From: a virus
Taxonomy: Duplodnaviria > Caudoviricetes
IMG/VR virus record: IMGVR_UViG_3300032239_000223
Location: 1 to 53,172 of that record
Length of the DNA: 53,172 bases
Direction: 5' to 3' (one strand)
Part shown: piece after piece, positions 33,150 to 42,936 of the stretch
How the letters are laid out: every line of letters starts with the position of its first letter
How positions within the stretch are numbered: position 1 is the first letter of the stretch
Notes under the pieces: generated by a model
What the model was told of the DNA's origin: nothing
Seen by the model: only the letters and a program-made list of their open reading frames with translations
Database searches by the model: none
Program-made: the position numbers and the translations under genes

Positions 33150-34788
33150 CCCAATTAAAACACCAACACAGATGATGTACGAACAAGCTGGAATACCACA
33201 CTACGGCACTGGCGGTAAAACTGGCGTGATTGAGCAGTTCGCAAGCCGCATTCAAGACGCAATTCGCAAATACACGAAGGCCGTGGGCAAACCACCGTCT
33301 GCAGAAGAGGTAAAACAGCTAGAAGACCACATTAGGTCGCTTTCTCAGCCAACAGGCAACGCGCCGCAGACAATGGCGCGCACACAACAGCAAACGCCGT
33401 TCTCAAACCAGCTTGTTGACCAAAGTGGCCGTCCTTATCCCACAGCAACAAGCCCCACAGGCCAAGCAATCACACCAGAGCGCGCCAAGGGTGTGGCAAC
33501 ACGCGAGTCAGTGGGTCCTTACCAAGATTTACCAAGCCAGTTTGGCATGGCACCCGCAAACATCAAGGCGCGTGCTTACCCCAAGGGTCAGTTTTTAAAC
33601 GCGTTCCCTGAAGACGAGTTCATGTCGATGGCCAACACGGGCCGCAGTGGCAACCGCACATGGAACAAGTCATTCACACCCTCAACAGAAGAGTTGGCAA
33701 CGCGCCAGCAGTTGGGTGAAGAGGCGCTGACAGGCATGGGCGACGAAACAATGAGCGGCCTTGGTGCACTGCGTGCAACCGAGGGTGACATTCCCCAGAT
33801 GACAAGTGCAAGCGAGCCTTTTGCCACACGCGCGGCGTCAATGGAAGCGCCCGGTCTGGACAAACTGACAGACGAGATGTTGCTCGGCAAGCACGGCGCC
33901 TTGGTGGACAAGGTTGTTGCTGACTTCAAGGCCCGCGGCATTGAGCCCGACCAAGAGGACATTGTCAACGCGATCAACGCAATGATCAACCCCATGCGCC
34001 ACAACTACACCGGCATGAACCCGATTGCACAGCGCCCTGTGCAGGGCCGTGGCCCAGCAACCGCAGAGATGAACTCATGGCGCGACGAGGCCCGCATGTC
34101 TGGTCTGCCAGAGACGGTGGTGACCAAGCACCCAGATGATTGGAAGGCACAACACCAGCGCGATTATTTGCTGGACACAACCCCCGAGCAACGCGCGCCG
34201 TTTGCGCAAGACTGGCAAATGCAAGAGTTAGAAGACAGGCGTCGCCGTGCGGCGGCTGTTCAAGGTAAAGCCGCAGGCGGCATGATGTACTCTCCCCGCG
34301 ACATGCAGGCCGAGATGATGGTCCGCGGTTACGACCAAGGTGGACAAACACAAGGCCCCACATTGGAAGAGTTAACAAACTACATCCGTGGTGGTGGCAC
34401 AAGAATGGACAATTCTGCGGACGAAATGATGATGCAAAATTACGAGCGTCGTCAGCCTTCAGTAAGTGAGTACAAAGCCTCGCCACGTGAGCGCATTTCT
34501 TCACTGGGCCAAGATTTTTTAGAAAAGTCAGGCATGGGACGCTACAAGGCGCGCAAGATGGCCGACACTGTAATTGGTGGACCAGACAGCAATTTACCCG
34601 GCGGTTTTGGTTTAGCAGACATTGCAATGTTGCACCCCGCTGGCGCAATGGCCATGGCGCCAATGTACGCCGCAGAAACAGGACACTACATTGGCAAAGG
34701 CGAGCCAGTTGGTGCTGGCATGAGCGCTTTGGGCATGTTGCCCATGGCCGGCCCAATTCGTAAAGCATACAAAGGCTTTAACCAATAA
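33142..34788 (+). CDS. Putative internal virion protein
   Basis: 548 aa between terL and portal; carries xxxGG tags like the ejection proteins. Confidence 0.6.
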   Translation: MLNPIKTPTQMMYEQAGIPHYGTGGKTGVIEQFASRIQDAIRKYTKAVGKPPSAEEVKQLEDHIRSLSQPTGNAPQTMARTQQQTPFSNQLVDQSGRPYPTATSPTGQAITPERAKGVATRESVGPYQDLPSQFGMAPANIKARAYPKGQFLNAFPEDEFMSMANTGRSGNRTWNKSFTPSTEELATRQQLGEEALTGMGDETMSGLGALRATEGDIPQMTSASEPFATRAASMEAPGLDKLTDEMLLGKHGALVDKVVADFKARGIEPDQEDIVNAINAMINPMRHNYTGMNPIAQRPVQGRGPATAEMNSWRDEARMSGLPETVVTKHPDDWKAQHQRDYLLDTTPEQRAPFAQDWQMQELEDRRRRAAAVQGKAAGGMMYSPRDMQAEMMVRGYDQGGQTQGPTLEELTNYIRGGGTRMDNSADEMMMQNYERRQPSVSEYKASPRERISSLGQDFLEKSGMGRYKARKMADTVIGGPDSNLPGGFGLADIAMLHPAGAMAMAPMYAAETGHYIGKGEPVGAGMSALGMLPMAGPIRKAYKGFNQ

Positions 34789-37544
34789 TGCAACCAATTA
34801 TTCCACTCCAAAAGGGCGGTAACCTGTCCGCGTTGTCGTTTGCAGAAGACGAGACGACAAAAGAAGTAGACACGGAAAAAGAAATCCAAGATCTGGCCAA
34901 CGCGCTGGATTTGGACATGGACGACGTAGAGTCCGAGGTCATTGAGTTAGAAGACGGATCTGTTGTGGTCAACATGATGGAGACAGAAAAGCCGTCACAA
35001 AACCCAGAGTTTTACGCCAACTTAGCCGAAGAGATGGACGAGTCCGTTCTTGACAGTTTGGCGTCTGAGTACCTCGACCTGATTGAGGTGGACCGTGAGT
35101 CCCGCAAACAGCGTGACAAGCAGTACGAAGAGGGCATTCGCCGCACAGGTCTGGGCAACGACGCCCCCGGTGGCGCAACGTTCCAAGGCGCGTCCAAGGT
35201 TGTGCACCCGATCATGGCAGAGGCCTGCGTTGACTTTGCGGCCAACGCGTCTAAAGAGTTGTTGCCAGCCGACGGCTTGGTGCGCACGTTCATTAAGGGC
35301 AAGGCTGACCAGTCTCGTTTAGACACAGCACAGCGTAAAGCCAACTTCCTGAACTGGCAGTTGACCGAGCAGGTTGAAGAGTACCGCGACGAGATGGAGC
35401 AGTTGTTCACACAGCTTCCCCTTGGAGGCTCACAGTATCTCAAATGGAGATGGGACAAGGACCTCAACCGTCCAGTGCCAGAGTGGGTTCCAATTGACAA
35501 CGTGCTGTTGCCTTTTGCTTCTACAAATTTTTACTCAGCCGCGCGCGTAACGGAACAGCAAGACATCACCGAAGACATGTTCAAGCAACGTATCGAGGTT
35601 GGTGAGTACCGCGACATTGAGTTGTACACCTCCGACCTGTTGCCTGAGAACCAGACACAGTCTAAAAAAGCCAACGACAAAATTGAAGGCTTAACGGAGC
35701 CAACCAAGAACGTAGACGGTTTGCGTCGCGTGTACGAGATTACCGTGTTCTTGCGTTTGGAAGACGACCCGTTGACAGAAGGCAAGCGCGCGCCGTATGT
35801 TATGACGGTGGACGAGATTTCAAGCAAGGTGGTTGCACTGTACCGTAACTGGCAGTCAGGCGACCAGCGCATGCGCAAGCTGGACTGGATGGTCGAGTAC
35901 AAGTTCATTCCATGGCGCGGCGCCTACGCAATTGGAATGCCACACCTTATCGGCGGCCTCTCAGCGGCATTGACTGGCTCGCTCCGTGCGTTGATGGATT
36001 CGGCGCACGTCAACAACAGCCAGACCATGTTGAAGCTAAAAGGCGGACGCATTGGTGGCCAGACAGACCGCATTGAGCCGACTCAGGTCGTAGAGATCGA
36101 GGGTTCACCCGGCGTAGACGACGTGCGTAAGTTGGCCATGCCACTGCCGTTCAACCCACCGTCTTCTGTGCTGTACAACCTGTTAGGTTGGTTGACAGAC
36201 GCGGCTAAAGGTGTTGTGAAGACCAGCGAGGGCCGAATTGCTGACATGAACAGCAACACGCCGGTTGGTACAACGCAGGCAATGATCGAGCAGGGCTCTA
36301 AAGTATTCTCAAGCATTCACGCACGACTGCACCGCAGTCAGGCCAAGAGCTTGCAGGTCTTATCACGTATCAACCACTGGTACTTGGAAGACATGGACAA
36401 CCAGTCCGGCGCAGAGATCGCGGTTGAGGACTTTGAAGACAACTCAGACGTCAGCCCAATCTCTGACCCCAACATCTTCAGCGAAACACAGCGTTTAACA
36501 CAGGCTCAACTGGTAATGCAGTTGGCTGAAAAAGCGCCGCAACTGTACAACATTCGTGAAGCGCACATGCGCGTGATGAAGCTGATGAAGGTGCCTGACA
36601 TTGAGAAGGTCATGCCTAACCCACAGGGCTCGGTTGAGAGTAACCCTGCCTTAGAGAACGTACAGATGACAATGGGCCACGCGGCGGCCGCGTTCCCAGA
36701 CCAGAGTCACATTGACCACCTGAAGGTTCACTTGGCGTACATGATGGACCCAGCTTATGGTGGCAACCCACTCATTGGCCCGGCTGTGACGCCTTTGATG
36801 TTGGAACACATTAAGCAACACCTGACACTGCACTACCTGCAGTCGATGCGCAACTACGTGTCGCACGCCGCCGGTGGCGAGGACGCGTTCAAGTTGAACG
36901 AAGAGCGCAAGTTGGACCTAGCGGCGCAAGAGGCGTTGGCCATGGCCGCGCAGTTGGTCAACCAAGACGCAGAGAAGACGTTCCAAGGCATTAACCCAAT
37001 TATTCAACAGTTGGTGCAACAGATGCAACAGGCCAAACAGTCTCAGATGCAGTCGGCGGCGATGGCGGACCCCACGTCTCAGGCTCTTATCCAGACACAA
37101 ATGGCCGAGACCAAGCGCAAGACGGAAGAGGCGCAGGCCAAGTTCCAGTTGGAGCGCGAGAAAATGCAGGCCGAGATGGCGGACAAGGTGCGCGACATGC
37201 AGGCCAAGGTTGCGGAGATTCAGGCAAAGCTTGGTTTACAGCAAGAGTTGGCAAACCAAGACAACGCGGCCAAGGTGGCAATTGCAGACATCAACAACGC
37301 GTCCAAAGAGCGTGTGGCAATGATTGGCGCAAACCAAGCGTTGAGCGCACAACAGGTTCAACAACAGCACTCACAAGAGATGACTGCGTTGGAAGCAGAA
37401 AGCCAAGCGTACGCAGACCTGCGTAAGCATGGGTTAGACCAAGCGCAAGCAGAACAGCAACGTGCACACGAGGCGGCAATGCAGACGCAACAACAATTAT
37501 TGCAGGCACAACAGCAGGCACAACAACCCCCAACAGGAGTATAA
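34788..37544 (+). CDS. Portal protein with long Gln-rich coiled-coil tail
   Basis: 918 aa; F.GASKVVHP...EACVDF, LPLGGSQYLK, EQGSKVFSSIHARLH, PISDPNIFS; position after terL. Confidence 0.85.
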   Translation: MQPIIPLQKGGNLSALSFAEDETTKEVDTEKEIQDLANALDLDMDDVESEVIELEDGSVVVNMMETEKPSQNPEFYANLAEEMDESVLDSLASEYLDLIEVDRESRKQRDKQYEEGIRRTGLGNDAPGGATFQGASKVVHPIMAEACVDFAANASKELLPADGLVRTFIKGKADQSRLDTAQRKANFLNWQLTEQVEEYRDEMEQLFTQLPLGGSQYLKWRWDKDLNRPVPEWVPIDNVLLPFASTNFYSAARVTEQQDITEDMFKQRIEVGEYRDIELYTSDLLPENQTQSKKANDKIEGLTEPTKNVDGLRRVYEITVFLRLEDDPLTEGKRAPYVMTVDEISSKVVALYRNWQSGDQRMRKLDWMVEYKFIPWRGAYAIGMPHLIGGLSAALTGSLRALMDSAHVNNSQTMLKLKGGRIGGQTDRIEPTQVVEIEGSPGVDDVRKLAMPLPFNPPSSVLYNLLGWLTDAAKGVVKTSEGRIADMNSNTPVGTTQAMIEQGSKVFSSIHARLHRSQAKSLQVLSRINHWYLEDMDNQSGAEIAVEDFEDNSDVSPISDPNIFSETQRLTQAQLVMQLAEKAPQLYNIREAHMRVMKLMKVPDIEKVMPNPQGSVESNPALENVQMTMGHAAAAFPDQSHIDHLKVHLAYMMDPAYGGNPLIGPAVTPLMLEHIKQHLTLHYLQSMRNYVSHAAGGEDAFKLNEERKLDLAAQEALAMAAQLVNQDAEKTFQGINPIIQQLVQQMQQAKQSQMQSAAMADPTSQALIQTQMAETKRKTEEAQAKFQLEREKMQAEMADKVRDMQAKVAEIQAKLGLQQELANQDNAAKVAIADINNASKERVAMIGANQALSAQQVQQQHSQEMTALEAESQAYADLRKHGLDQAQAEQQRAHEAAMQTQQQLLQAQQQAQQPPTGV

Positions 37545-37546
37545 AA

Positions 37547-37723
37547 ATGGCAACACAAAATGAAGACATGGGTTTTCGCAAAAACTACAAGATCACCGGC
37601 AAGCCCGGCTACGCAGGCGGCCCCGGCTCGCCAGTAGAAAAAGGTCCCTCTGGTTCAAAGATGGCACCACCCGCGCCCTTGTACCAAGTACCGCCCGTAA
37701 ATAGTCGCGGTTTGAAAAAATAA
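37547..37723 (+). CDS. Small hypothetical protein (58 aa)
   Basis: MATQNEDMGFRKNYKITGKPGYAGG..., AGGAG RBS. Confidence 0.6.
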   Translation: MATQNEDMGFRKNYKITGKPGYAGGPGSPVEKGPSGSKMAPPAPLYQVPPVNSRGLKK

Positions 37724-37727
37724 GTTA

Positions 37728-37766
37728 GGGCATAAGTACGCACTTTTGTGTGTACTTAGTTATAAG
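37728..37766 (+). promoter_or_regulatory. Divergent bipartite promoter copy (GGGCA-N15-GTGTGTACTT-AGTTATAAG)
   Basis: Same spacing, three mismatches in the downstream box; precedes the head-gene cluster. Confidence 0.5.
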
Positions 37767-37777
37767 GAGGGTTTTTG

Positions 37778-37975
37778 ATGAAAGACCCGTTGTATGAATC
37801 GATCTTTAGGATCAAAGAAGCCGTTGAGTTTTTACAAAACGGCGTTTTGAGTGGGGTCGATAGCTGGGACAAATATAACCAGCTTGTAGGGAGAGGCCAA
37901 GGTCTGAAAGAGGCTTTGGAAATTATCAACAGTGTCCTGAAAGAGGACGAGGAATCTGACAATGACAGAGAGTAA
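37778..37975 (+). CDS. Conserved head-module hypothetical protein
   Basis: L..G...WDKYNQLVG..QGL pattern; AAGGAGG RBS. Confidence 0.75.
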   Translation: MKDPLYESIFRIKEAVEFLQNGVLSGVDSWDKYNQLVGRGQGLKEALEIINSVLKEDEESDNDRE

Positions 37976-38390
37976 GTACCAAGTGGATGGTCGGAGTGAA
38001 GCCGACTGTTTTCCGGCGGTTGATCCGGGAATTAAACTTAAAGGCAACCGAATCGTAGTGCAACTGCGAAAAGCCAAAGACGTTTCAAAGGGCGGCATCA
38101 TTCTAGTGAGTGATACAAAGGCCACCGAAAAATGGAACGAGGTGATTGCAAAGGTGGTGGCAGTAGGACCCTTGGCATACAGAGATCTTAGCACCCTTGA
38201 ACTATGGCCAGAAGGCGCGTGGGTAGAACTGGGAGATCTTGTTCGTGTGATCAAGTACGGCGGCGACCGATGGGCAGTACCACACGGCGACGGAGAGGTT
38301 GTGTTTATCATTTTGCAGGACCGTGAGGTTATTTGTGCAATTGATAATTTTGAAACCGCGAGGACAATGTTCCCCGCATTTGTTGAGTAA
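37962..38390 (+). CDS. groES: GroES-like co-chaperonin
   Basis: GNRIVV...SKGGIIL...KVVAVGP..Y...W...GD.V...KYGG...D.EV. Confidence 0.85.
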   Translation: MTESKYQVDGRSEADCFPAVDPGIKLKGNRIVVQLRKAKDVSKGGIILVSDTKATEKWNEVIAKVVAVGPLAYRDLSTLELWPEGAWVELGDLVRVIKYGGDRWAVPHGDGEVVFIILQDREVICAIDNFETARTMFPAFVE

Positions 38391-38401
38391 AGGATTTCGT
38401 T

Positions 38402-39406
38402 ATGAAATCAGTGCAAAAAGCAGAAATGCAGGCTGGCGAAGACATCGCCATTAAAGAACGTGACGATGGCAGTGCGTTAGCCGCCATGGACGACCACGTA
38501 GACCCTTTTGAGGGCACAGATGATGACACCGGCGCTGACAATGACAGCGACGGTGACGGTGACACACAAGGCTTTGCCGAAGGCGGCGAGGTTGAGGGTG
38601 ACACCGAAGAAGACAGAGAGGCCCTTCGAGCCGCGCGCCGTGAAGAGCGACGCCTGAAGAAGGACCTGACGAAGCAACGCGAGGTAAGCGCAAAGCATAA
38701 GATCAGTTCGCTGGAACGCCGCAACGAGACCCTTGAGCGCCGGTTGGCCCAAGTGGAAAACGCCGCAGTAGGATTCCAGTTCGCACAGATCGACCGCTTG
38801 TTGGAAGACGAGTCCACGCGTGTAGAGTACGCGAAGATGAAGGCAACGCAGGCCGCGCAGGCGGGCAACGTGGCCGAGCAAATGGAATACATGGAGCAGT
38901 TTCACAACGCCAAGACAAAGTTGGCGCAGGTGCAAATGCTTAAACAGCGTCAGTTGGAAGAGGCTAAACAGCCCCGTAACAACGTGCCGAGCCCCGCAAC
39001 AGAGACGGTTCAGCAAAACGCTACTGAATGGTTAAATTCAAACCGCTGGTATGACCCCAGTGGTAAAGACACAGACAGTCGCATTGCCAAGGTGGTTGAC
39101 AATGCGCTGGCAAGCGAAGGTTGGGACCCATCCGACCCAGAGTATTGGGACGAGTTGGACAATCGATTGAAAGAACGTTTACCCCATCGGTACACGGGCA
39201 AAACAGGCGGGGACCGTAACCGCCGTAGTGGGACCTCAAGCGGTCGCACAGACGTGAGTGGTAGTGCTGTAAAGAACACCTTCACACTGAGCAGAGACCG
39301 CGTGCAGGCGCTCAAGGACGCAGGAATGTGGGACGACGCATCCAAGCGTGCTAAAGCGATCCGAAGCTACGCAGATTTTGACCGTAAGAACCGAGTAACA
39401 AAATAA
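38402..39406 (+). CDS. Putative capsid scaffolding protein
   Basis: Acidic N-terminus, long coiled coil, W...N.WY...YWDELD.R; upstream of the capsid gene. Confidence 0.65.
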   Translation: MKSVQKAEMQAGEDIAIKERDDGSALAAMDDHVDPFEGTDDDTGADNDSDGDGDTQGFAEGGEVEGDTEEDREALRAARREERRLKKDLTKQREVSAKHKISSLERRNETLERRLAQVENAAVGFQFAQIDRLLEDESTRVEYAKMKATQAAQAGNVAEQMEYMEQFHNAKTKLAQVQMLKQRQLEEAKQPRNNVPSPATETVQQNATEWLNSNRWYDPSGKDTDSRIAKVVDNALASEGWDPSDPEYWDELDNRLKERLPHRYTGKTGGDRNRRSGTSSGRTDVSGSAVKNTFTLSRDRVQALKDAGMWDDASKRAKAIRSYADFDRKNRVTK

Positions 39407-39416
39407 GGGGTAAGAC

Positions 39417-39971
39417 ATGGCTAACAATCGAATTACACGAGATTTAGACGACCGCCTGCAAGGGCGTGTTGATGAACTGAAGGCGCGGAGTGAAATCTCC
39501 TCGCCTGATGAAGCAGTGAAGCGTGAAAGGCTGGAGGCTTTTCGGGACAAATGGTCCAACAACGCACTGCCGGACGTACCGGGTGGGTTAGTGCCCGGTA
39601 TGCACCTCTGCTGGTTGTCCACAACCAACCAGTATGATTCAATCGACAAACGCATCGCGTTGGGTTATGAGCCAGTGAAAGCCGCCGAATTAGGAAAAGG
39701 CTTTGAACATTTAGGCAAGATGAGCTCGGGCAAGTTTGAAGGTTGTATATCTTGTAATGAGATGATCTTATTCAAGATCCCGGAAGACATTTATCAGGAA
39801 GTGGCAAAAATGCTTCACCACGATGATCCTTTGGAACACCAGCGCAACATCACGTCGCAGGTTCGTTCACAGGCTGAAGGTGGTAAAGGTGGACGCTCCA
39901 TTCTGGAAGGTGGCCTCTTGGAGATGGAAAAAGATGCACACAGAGCCGCACATAACTTGCGGTTTAGTTAA
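39417..39971 (+). CDS. Conserved head-module protein
   Basis: PGMHLCWLS...GYEPVKA.E...EMILFKIP pattern. Confidence 0.7.
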   Translation: MANNRITRDLDDRLQGRVDELKARSEISSPDEAVKRERLEAFRDKWSNNALPDVPGGLVPGMHLCWLSTTNQYDSIDKRIALGYEPVKAAELGKGFEHLGKMSSGKFEGCISCNEMILFKIPEDIYQEVAKMLHHDDPLEHQRNITSQVRSQAEGGKGGRSILEGGLLEMEKDAHRAAHNLRFS

Positions 39972-39993
39972 AACAACTTTAAGGAACCAATAA

Positions 39994-40593
39994 ATGAGTG
40001 CAACTTACACTCCCTTTGGCCTGAAGCCCGTATATCATCCTAGCGGCATTATCCGTTCATTAAACTACACCGGTGCATACGACACTGCGGCAGTTTTTTA
40101 CAGCGGTACCCCTGTCTCTTTTGATGAAGCAACGACTGCAGGCACATCTACTCTCGTAGTAGCAAGCAACACACCCACAGCAGGCATGCGTTTAGCAGGC
40201 GTGTTCGGTGGCGTTGAGTACACCGACGCCTCTGGCCGTCGCACAGTCAGCAAATGGTTTGGTCCCGCTTTGGGCACAGCCACTGACCTCGTAATGTGGA
40301 TCTTCATGGACCCAGAAATTGTGTATGAAGTGCAAGCCAACGGCTCGCTCGCCAACACAAAAGTGGGTCAGGAATTCAACTTCACAGCAGTGACATCTGG
40401 TCAAATCATCGGCAACGGTGGTCTGGGCACTTCAACTGCAGGTTTGAATCCCGCCGATGTTGCCGTAGGCACACAAGCACAAGTTCAAGTTACTGGTCTC
40501 GGCCGTGACATTAACAACGCTTGGGGTGATACAGCAACGATTGTACAAGTCAAGCTCGCTAACGATGCGTTCGTTGCCGCTAACGTCGAATAA
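39994..40593 (+). CDS. Putative capsid decoration/cement protein
   Basis: PFGLKP...GVF.GVEYTD...DP.IVYEVQ; immediately before the major capsid gene. Confidence 0.65.
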   Translation: MSATYTPFGLKPVYHPSGIIRSLNYTGAYDTAAVFYSGTPVSFDEATTAGTSTLVVASNTPTAGMRLAGVFGGVEYTDASGRRTVSKWFGPALGTATDLVMWIFMDPEIVYEVQANGSLANTKVGQEFNFTAVTSGQIIGNGGLGTSTAGLNPADVAVGTQAQVQVTGLGRDINNAWGDTATIVQVKLANDAFVAANVE

Positions 40594-40613
40594 CTAAAGA
40601 AAGGAAGTAGCAC

Positions 40614-41531
40614 ATGGCAACCCCAATGCGCAGTACGGACTTTAGAGCGGTAGTCGAACCTATCCTCAATGAAGTCTTTGATGGTGTATACCAACAACGC
40701 GATGACGAGTGGAAGGGTTTCGTTACCCAGATCACCGGCATTCCCCGCAACTATCACGAAGAAGTGATGCTGTTCGGTATGAACACAGCCCCTGAGATGC
40801 CTGACGGTACACCCGTTTCGTATGACCAAGGCGGTACTTTGTTCATTACCCGTTTCATCTATAAGATCTACGGTTTGGCATACGCCATGACCAAAGTCTT
40901 GATGGAAGACGGCGATCACATTCGTATCGGCTCGACTTTCTCGAAGCACTTGGCTCAGTCCATGATCGAGACAAAAGAGACATTGTGTGCAAACTTATTG
41001 AACTTTGCGTTCACTGCCGGCTATGTCGGTGGCGACGGTAAAACATTGATCGCAAATGACCACCCAATCTCCCAAGGTCGTTCTTTCAGCAACCAGTTGT
41101 CTACAGCGGCTTCACTTTCACAGACATCTGTGGAACAGTTGCTGATCCAAATCCGCTCTGCGGTGGACAACAACGGTAAGCGTATTCGCCTGAAGGCGGA
41201 GCAACTCGTGGTACCTCCTGCTTTGGAATTCCAAGCAGAAGTTATCTTGAAGTCTGTCCTCCGTTCTGGTGGCGCTGACAACGATCTGAACCCGATCAAG
41301 TCTACTGGCATGTTGCCAAACGGCGCCCATGTGGTGACTCGTTTGTCCTCAAGCAAGGCTTGGTTCATTCAGACCGACGCTGAAAATGGTTTGATGTTGG
41401 TTATGCGTCGTCCCTTGGAGCGTAGCTCTGAAGGTGACTTCGAGACTGACAGCATGCGTTACAAGGCCTCTGAGCGTTATGCTACAGGTTGGCACGATCC
41501 CCGTAATATGTACGGCACGATCGGTTTGTAA
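40614..41531 (+). CDS. Major capsid protein (Mu gpT-like HK97 fold)
   Basis: EP.LN.VF, GGDG..L....HP, LVVPP.LEF.A..IL.S, DF.T...RYKA.ERY..GW.DPR. Confidence 0.88.
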   Translation: MATPMRSTDFRAVVEPILNEVFDGVYQQRDDEWKGFVTQITGIPRNYHEEVMLFGMNTAPEMPDGTPVSYDQGGTLFITRFIYKIYGLAYAMTKVLMEDGDHIRIGSTFSKHLAQSMIETKETLCANLLNFAFTAGYVGGDGKTLIANDHPISQGRSFSNQLSTAASLSQTSVEQLLIQIRSAVDNNGKRIRLKAEQLVVPPALEFQAEVILKSVLRSGGADNDLNPIKSTGMLPNGAHVVTRLSSSKAWFIQTDAENGLMLVMRRPLERSSEGDFETDSMRYKASERYATGWHDPRNMYGTIGL

Positions 41532-41568
41532 TCGCAAACCTAGCCGGGCCTAAAGACCCCGGCAACCT

Positions 41569-41600
41569 AAACGCCCTGCCTGCAAAGGTAGGGCGTTTTT
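41569..41600 (+). terminator. Intrinsic terminator after the capsid gene
   Basis: aaacgccctgcc-tgcaaa-ggtagggcgttttt. Confidence 0.8.
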
Positions 41601-41629
41601 GTTTGTGGATATGGGTAATTCTATGTAAG
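41591..41629 (+). promoter_or_regulatory. Phage bipartite promoter copy (GGGCG-N15-ATGGGTAATT-CTATGTAAG)
   Basis: Restarts transcription directly after the terminator. Confidence 0.7.
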
Positions 41630-41638
41630 AGCTTCAAT

Positions 41639-41701
41639 CAGCATCGACCCGTAAGGCTCACGGGCGGACGCCATAGAGACGGTGCTGTAATCTTTCTATG
41701 G
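41639..41701 (+). ncRNA. Candidate structured 5' leader RNA with pseudoknot
   Basis: P1 41639-46/41680-87, P2 41648-52/41660-64, pseudoknot 41671-79/41693-701. Confidence 0.45.
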
Positions 41702-41714
41702 AAAGTACATAAAA

Positions 41715-42248
41715 ATGTCAGTAACTTTTAACACCCCTATCCGCGTTTTCAAGCGCAACAACCCCACAAACGACGGCACAATCGCCCCTGATAACACAGG
41801 CGCGGCCCAAACAACCCAACAGCAGTACATTGCCCCCATCACTACACTAATTAGTGCTGGCGCGTTGCCTACATACGACGTGGGCACAACCACAGCGGTT
41901 CCTTTTGTGCTCCCCGCTGGCGCCATTATCAACACAATTCGTTTCTATGAAACCACAGCCCCCTCCGCCATTACAGGCGGTGTTATCACAGTAAACGTGG
42001 CTGGTGTTGACGTCGGCACAATCACCCCCAACACAAATGGCGGTATTTTGGTTATGACCCCAACGGCTTCAGCCGCGGTAGCCACAGTGTTTGCTAACGT
42101 TGGTGCAACAGACGCAACTGTTACATTCACAGCAACAGCAATCACCGTGTTGACCGGCACGTTGGCTGGCACGTTCTCTATTGAGTACACACCACGTAAC
42201 CCTGACGGTTCTATCATTGCCGTGGGTTCTGGCTACACCAACAACTAA
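41715..42248 (+). CDS. Structural protein (beta-rich, capsid fibre/decoration-like)
   Basis: Thr/Ala/Val-rich; LPAGAII..I motif. Confidence 0.65.
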   Translation: MSVTFNTPIRVFKRNNPTNDGTIAPDNTGAAQTTQQQYIAPITTLISAGALPTYDVGTTTAVPFVLPAGAIINTIRFYETTAPSAITGGVITVNVAGVDVGTITPNTNGGILVMTPTASAAVATVFANVGATDATVTFTATAITVLTGTLAGTFSIEYTPRNPDGSIIAVGSGYTNN

Positions 42249-42256
42249 GGACTGAA

Positions 42257-42535
42257 ATGCGTCAAGTAACAGTTGGAGCGGACGTTCTCGTCCCAATCGA
42301 CCAGTACCTGACGCCGATCAACGTTTCTTACGTTGCCACCGGCGGCGGTACTGTGCAAATCTCATACACAGACCCATTCCCACTGAACGCGCAAGGGTAC
42401 CCAGTACCCACCGCGCCGGTGATGACTTGGGTGACAGCGCCAGCCAGCCCTATCGTGAACCAGCCTTTTCGGGCTATTCAGGTAACTGGCGGCACTAACT
42501 CTACGCTTACTGTAATCCAAGCCGGAGTTCGATAA
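42257..42535 (+). CDS. Small structural protein
   Basis: 92 aa ending VIQAG. Confidence 0.6.
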   Translation: MRQVTVGADVLVPIDQYLTPINVSYVATGGGTVQISYTDPFPLNAQGYPVPTAPVMTWVTAPASPIVNQPFRAIQVTGGTNSTLTVIQAGVR

Positions 42536-42933
42536 TGGGCAACGCCTTCTACGGCGGCCTTTATTGCGATACGCACGGACAGCAGGTGCTGTCTGTTGCG
42601 ATATGCGACCGATGTAGCCGCAAACTACCGTACTCCATGCTTCGGGAAGACCCAAACTCGCCCGGACTTATGGTGTGCCCTGACGACGTGGATCAGTTTG
42701 ATCCATGGCGTCTTGCGGCTATTCAAACCGAAAATATCACACTCAGGCACCCAAGGCCTGATGTTTCCGTTGCCATTCCGGGCAAGGGTGGTCTTATTAT
42801 CAACGCGCCCAACGTGGCTAATGTCAACCAAGGTCCTAACATGCTTGGCGATGGCACGGGTAACTCAGTAACCCCCGCAACATACGGCAACACATCTAGC
42901 ACACCTACACCCGGCGACCTTGAGGTAACATAA
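42535..42933 (+). CDS. Conserved phage protein with CDRC motif
   Basis: AICDRC...L...GLMVC...D..DP...L..PRPD. Confidence 0.7.
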   Translation: MGNAFYGGLYCDTHGQQVLSVAICDRCSRKLPYSMLREDPNSPGLMVCPDDVDQFDPWRLAAIQTENITLRHPRPDVSVAIPGKGGLIINAPNVANVNQGPNMLGDGTGNSVTPATYGNTSSTPTPGDLEVT

Positions 42934-42936
42934 AAA

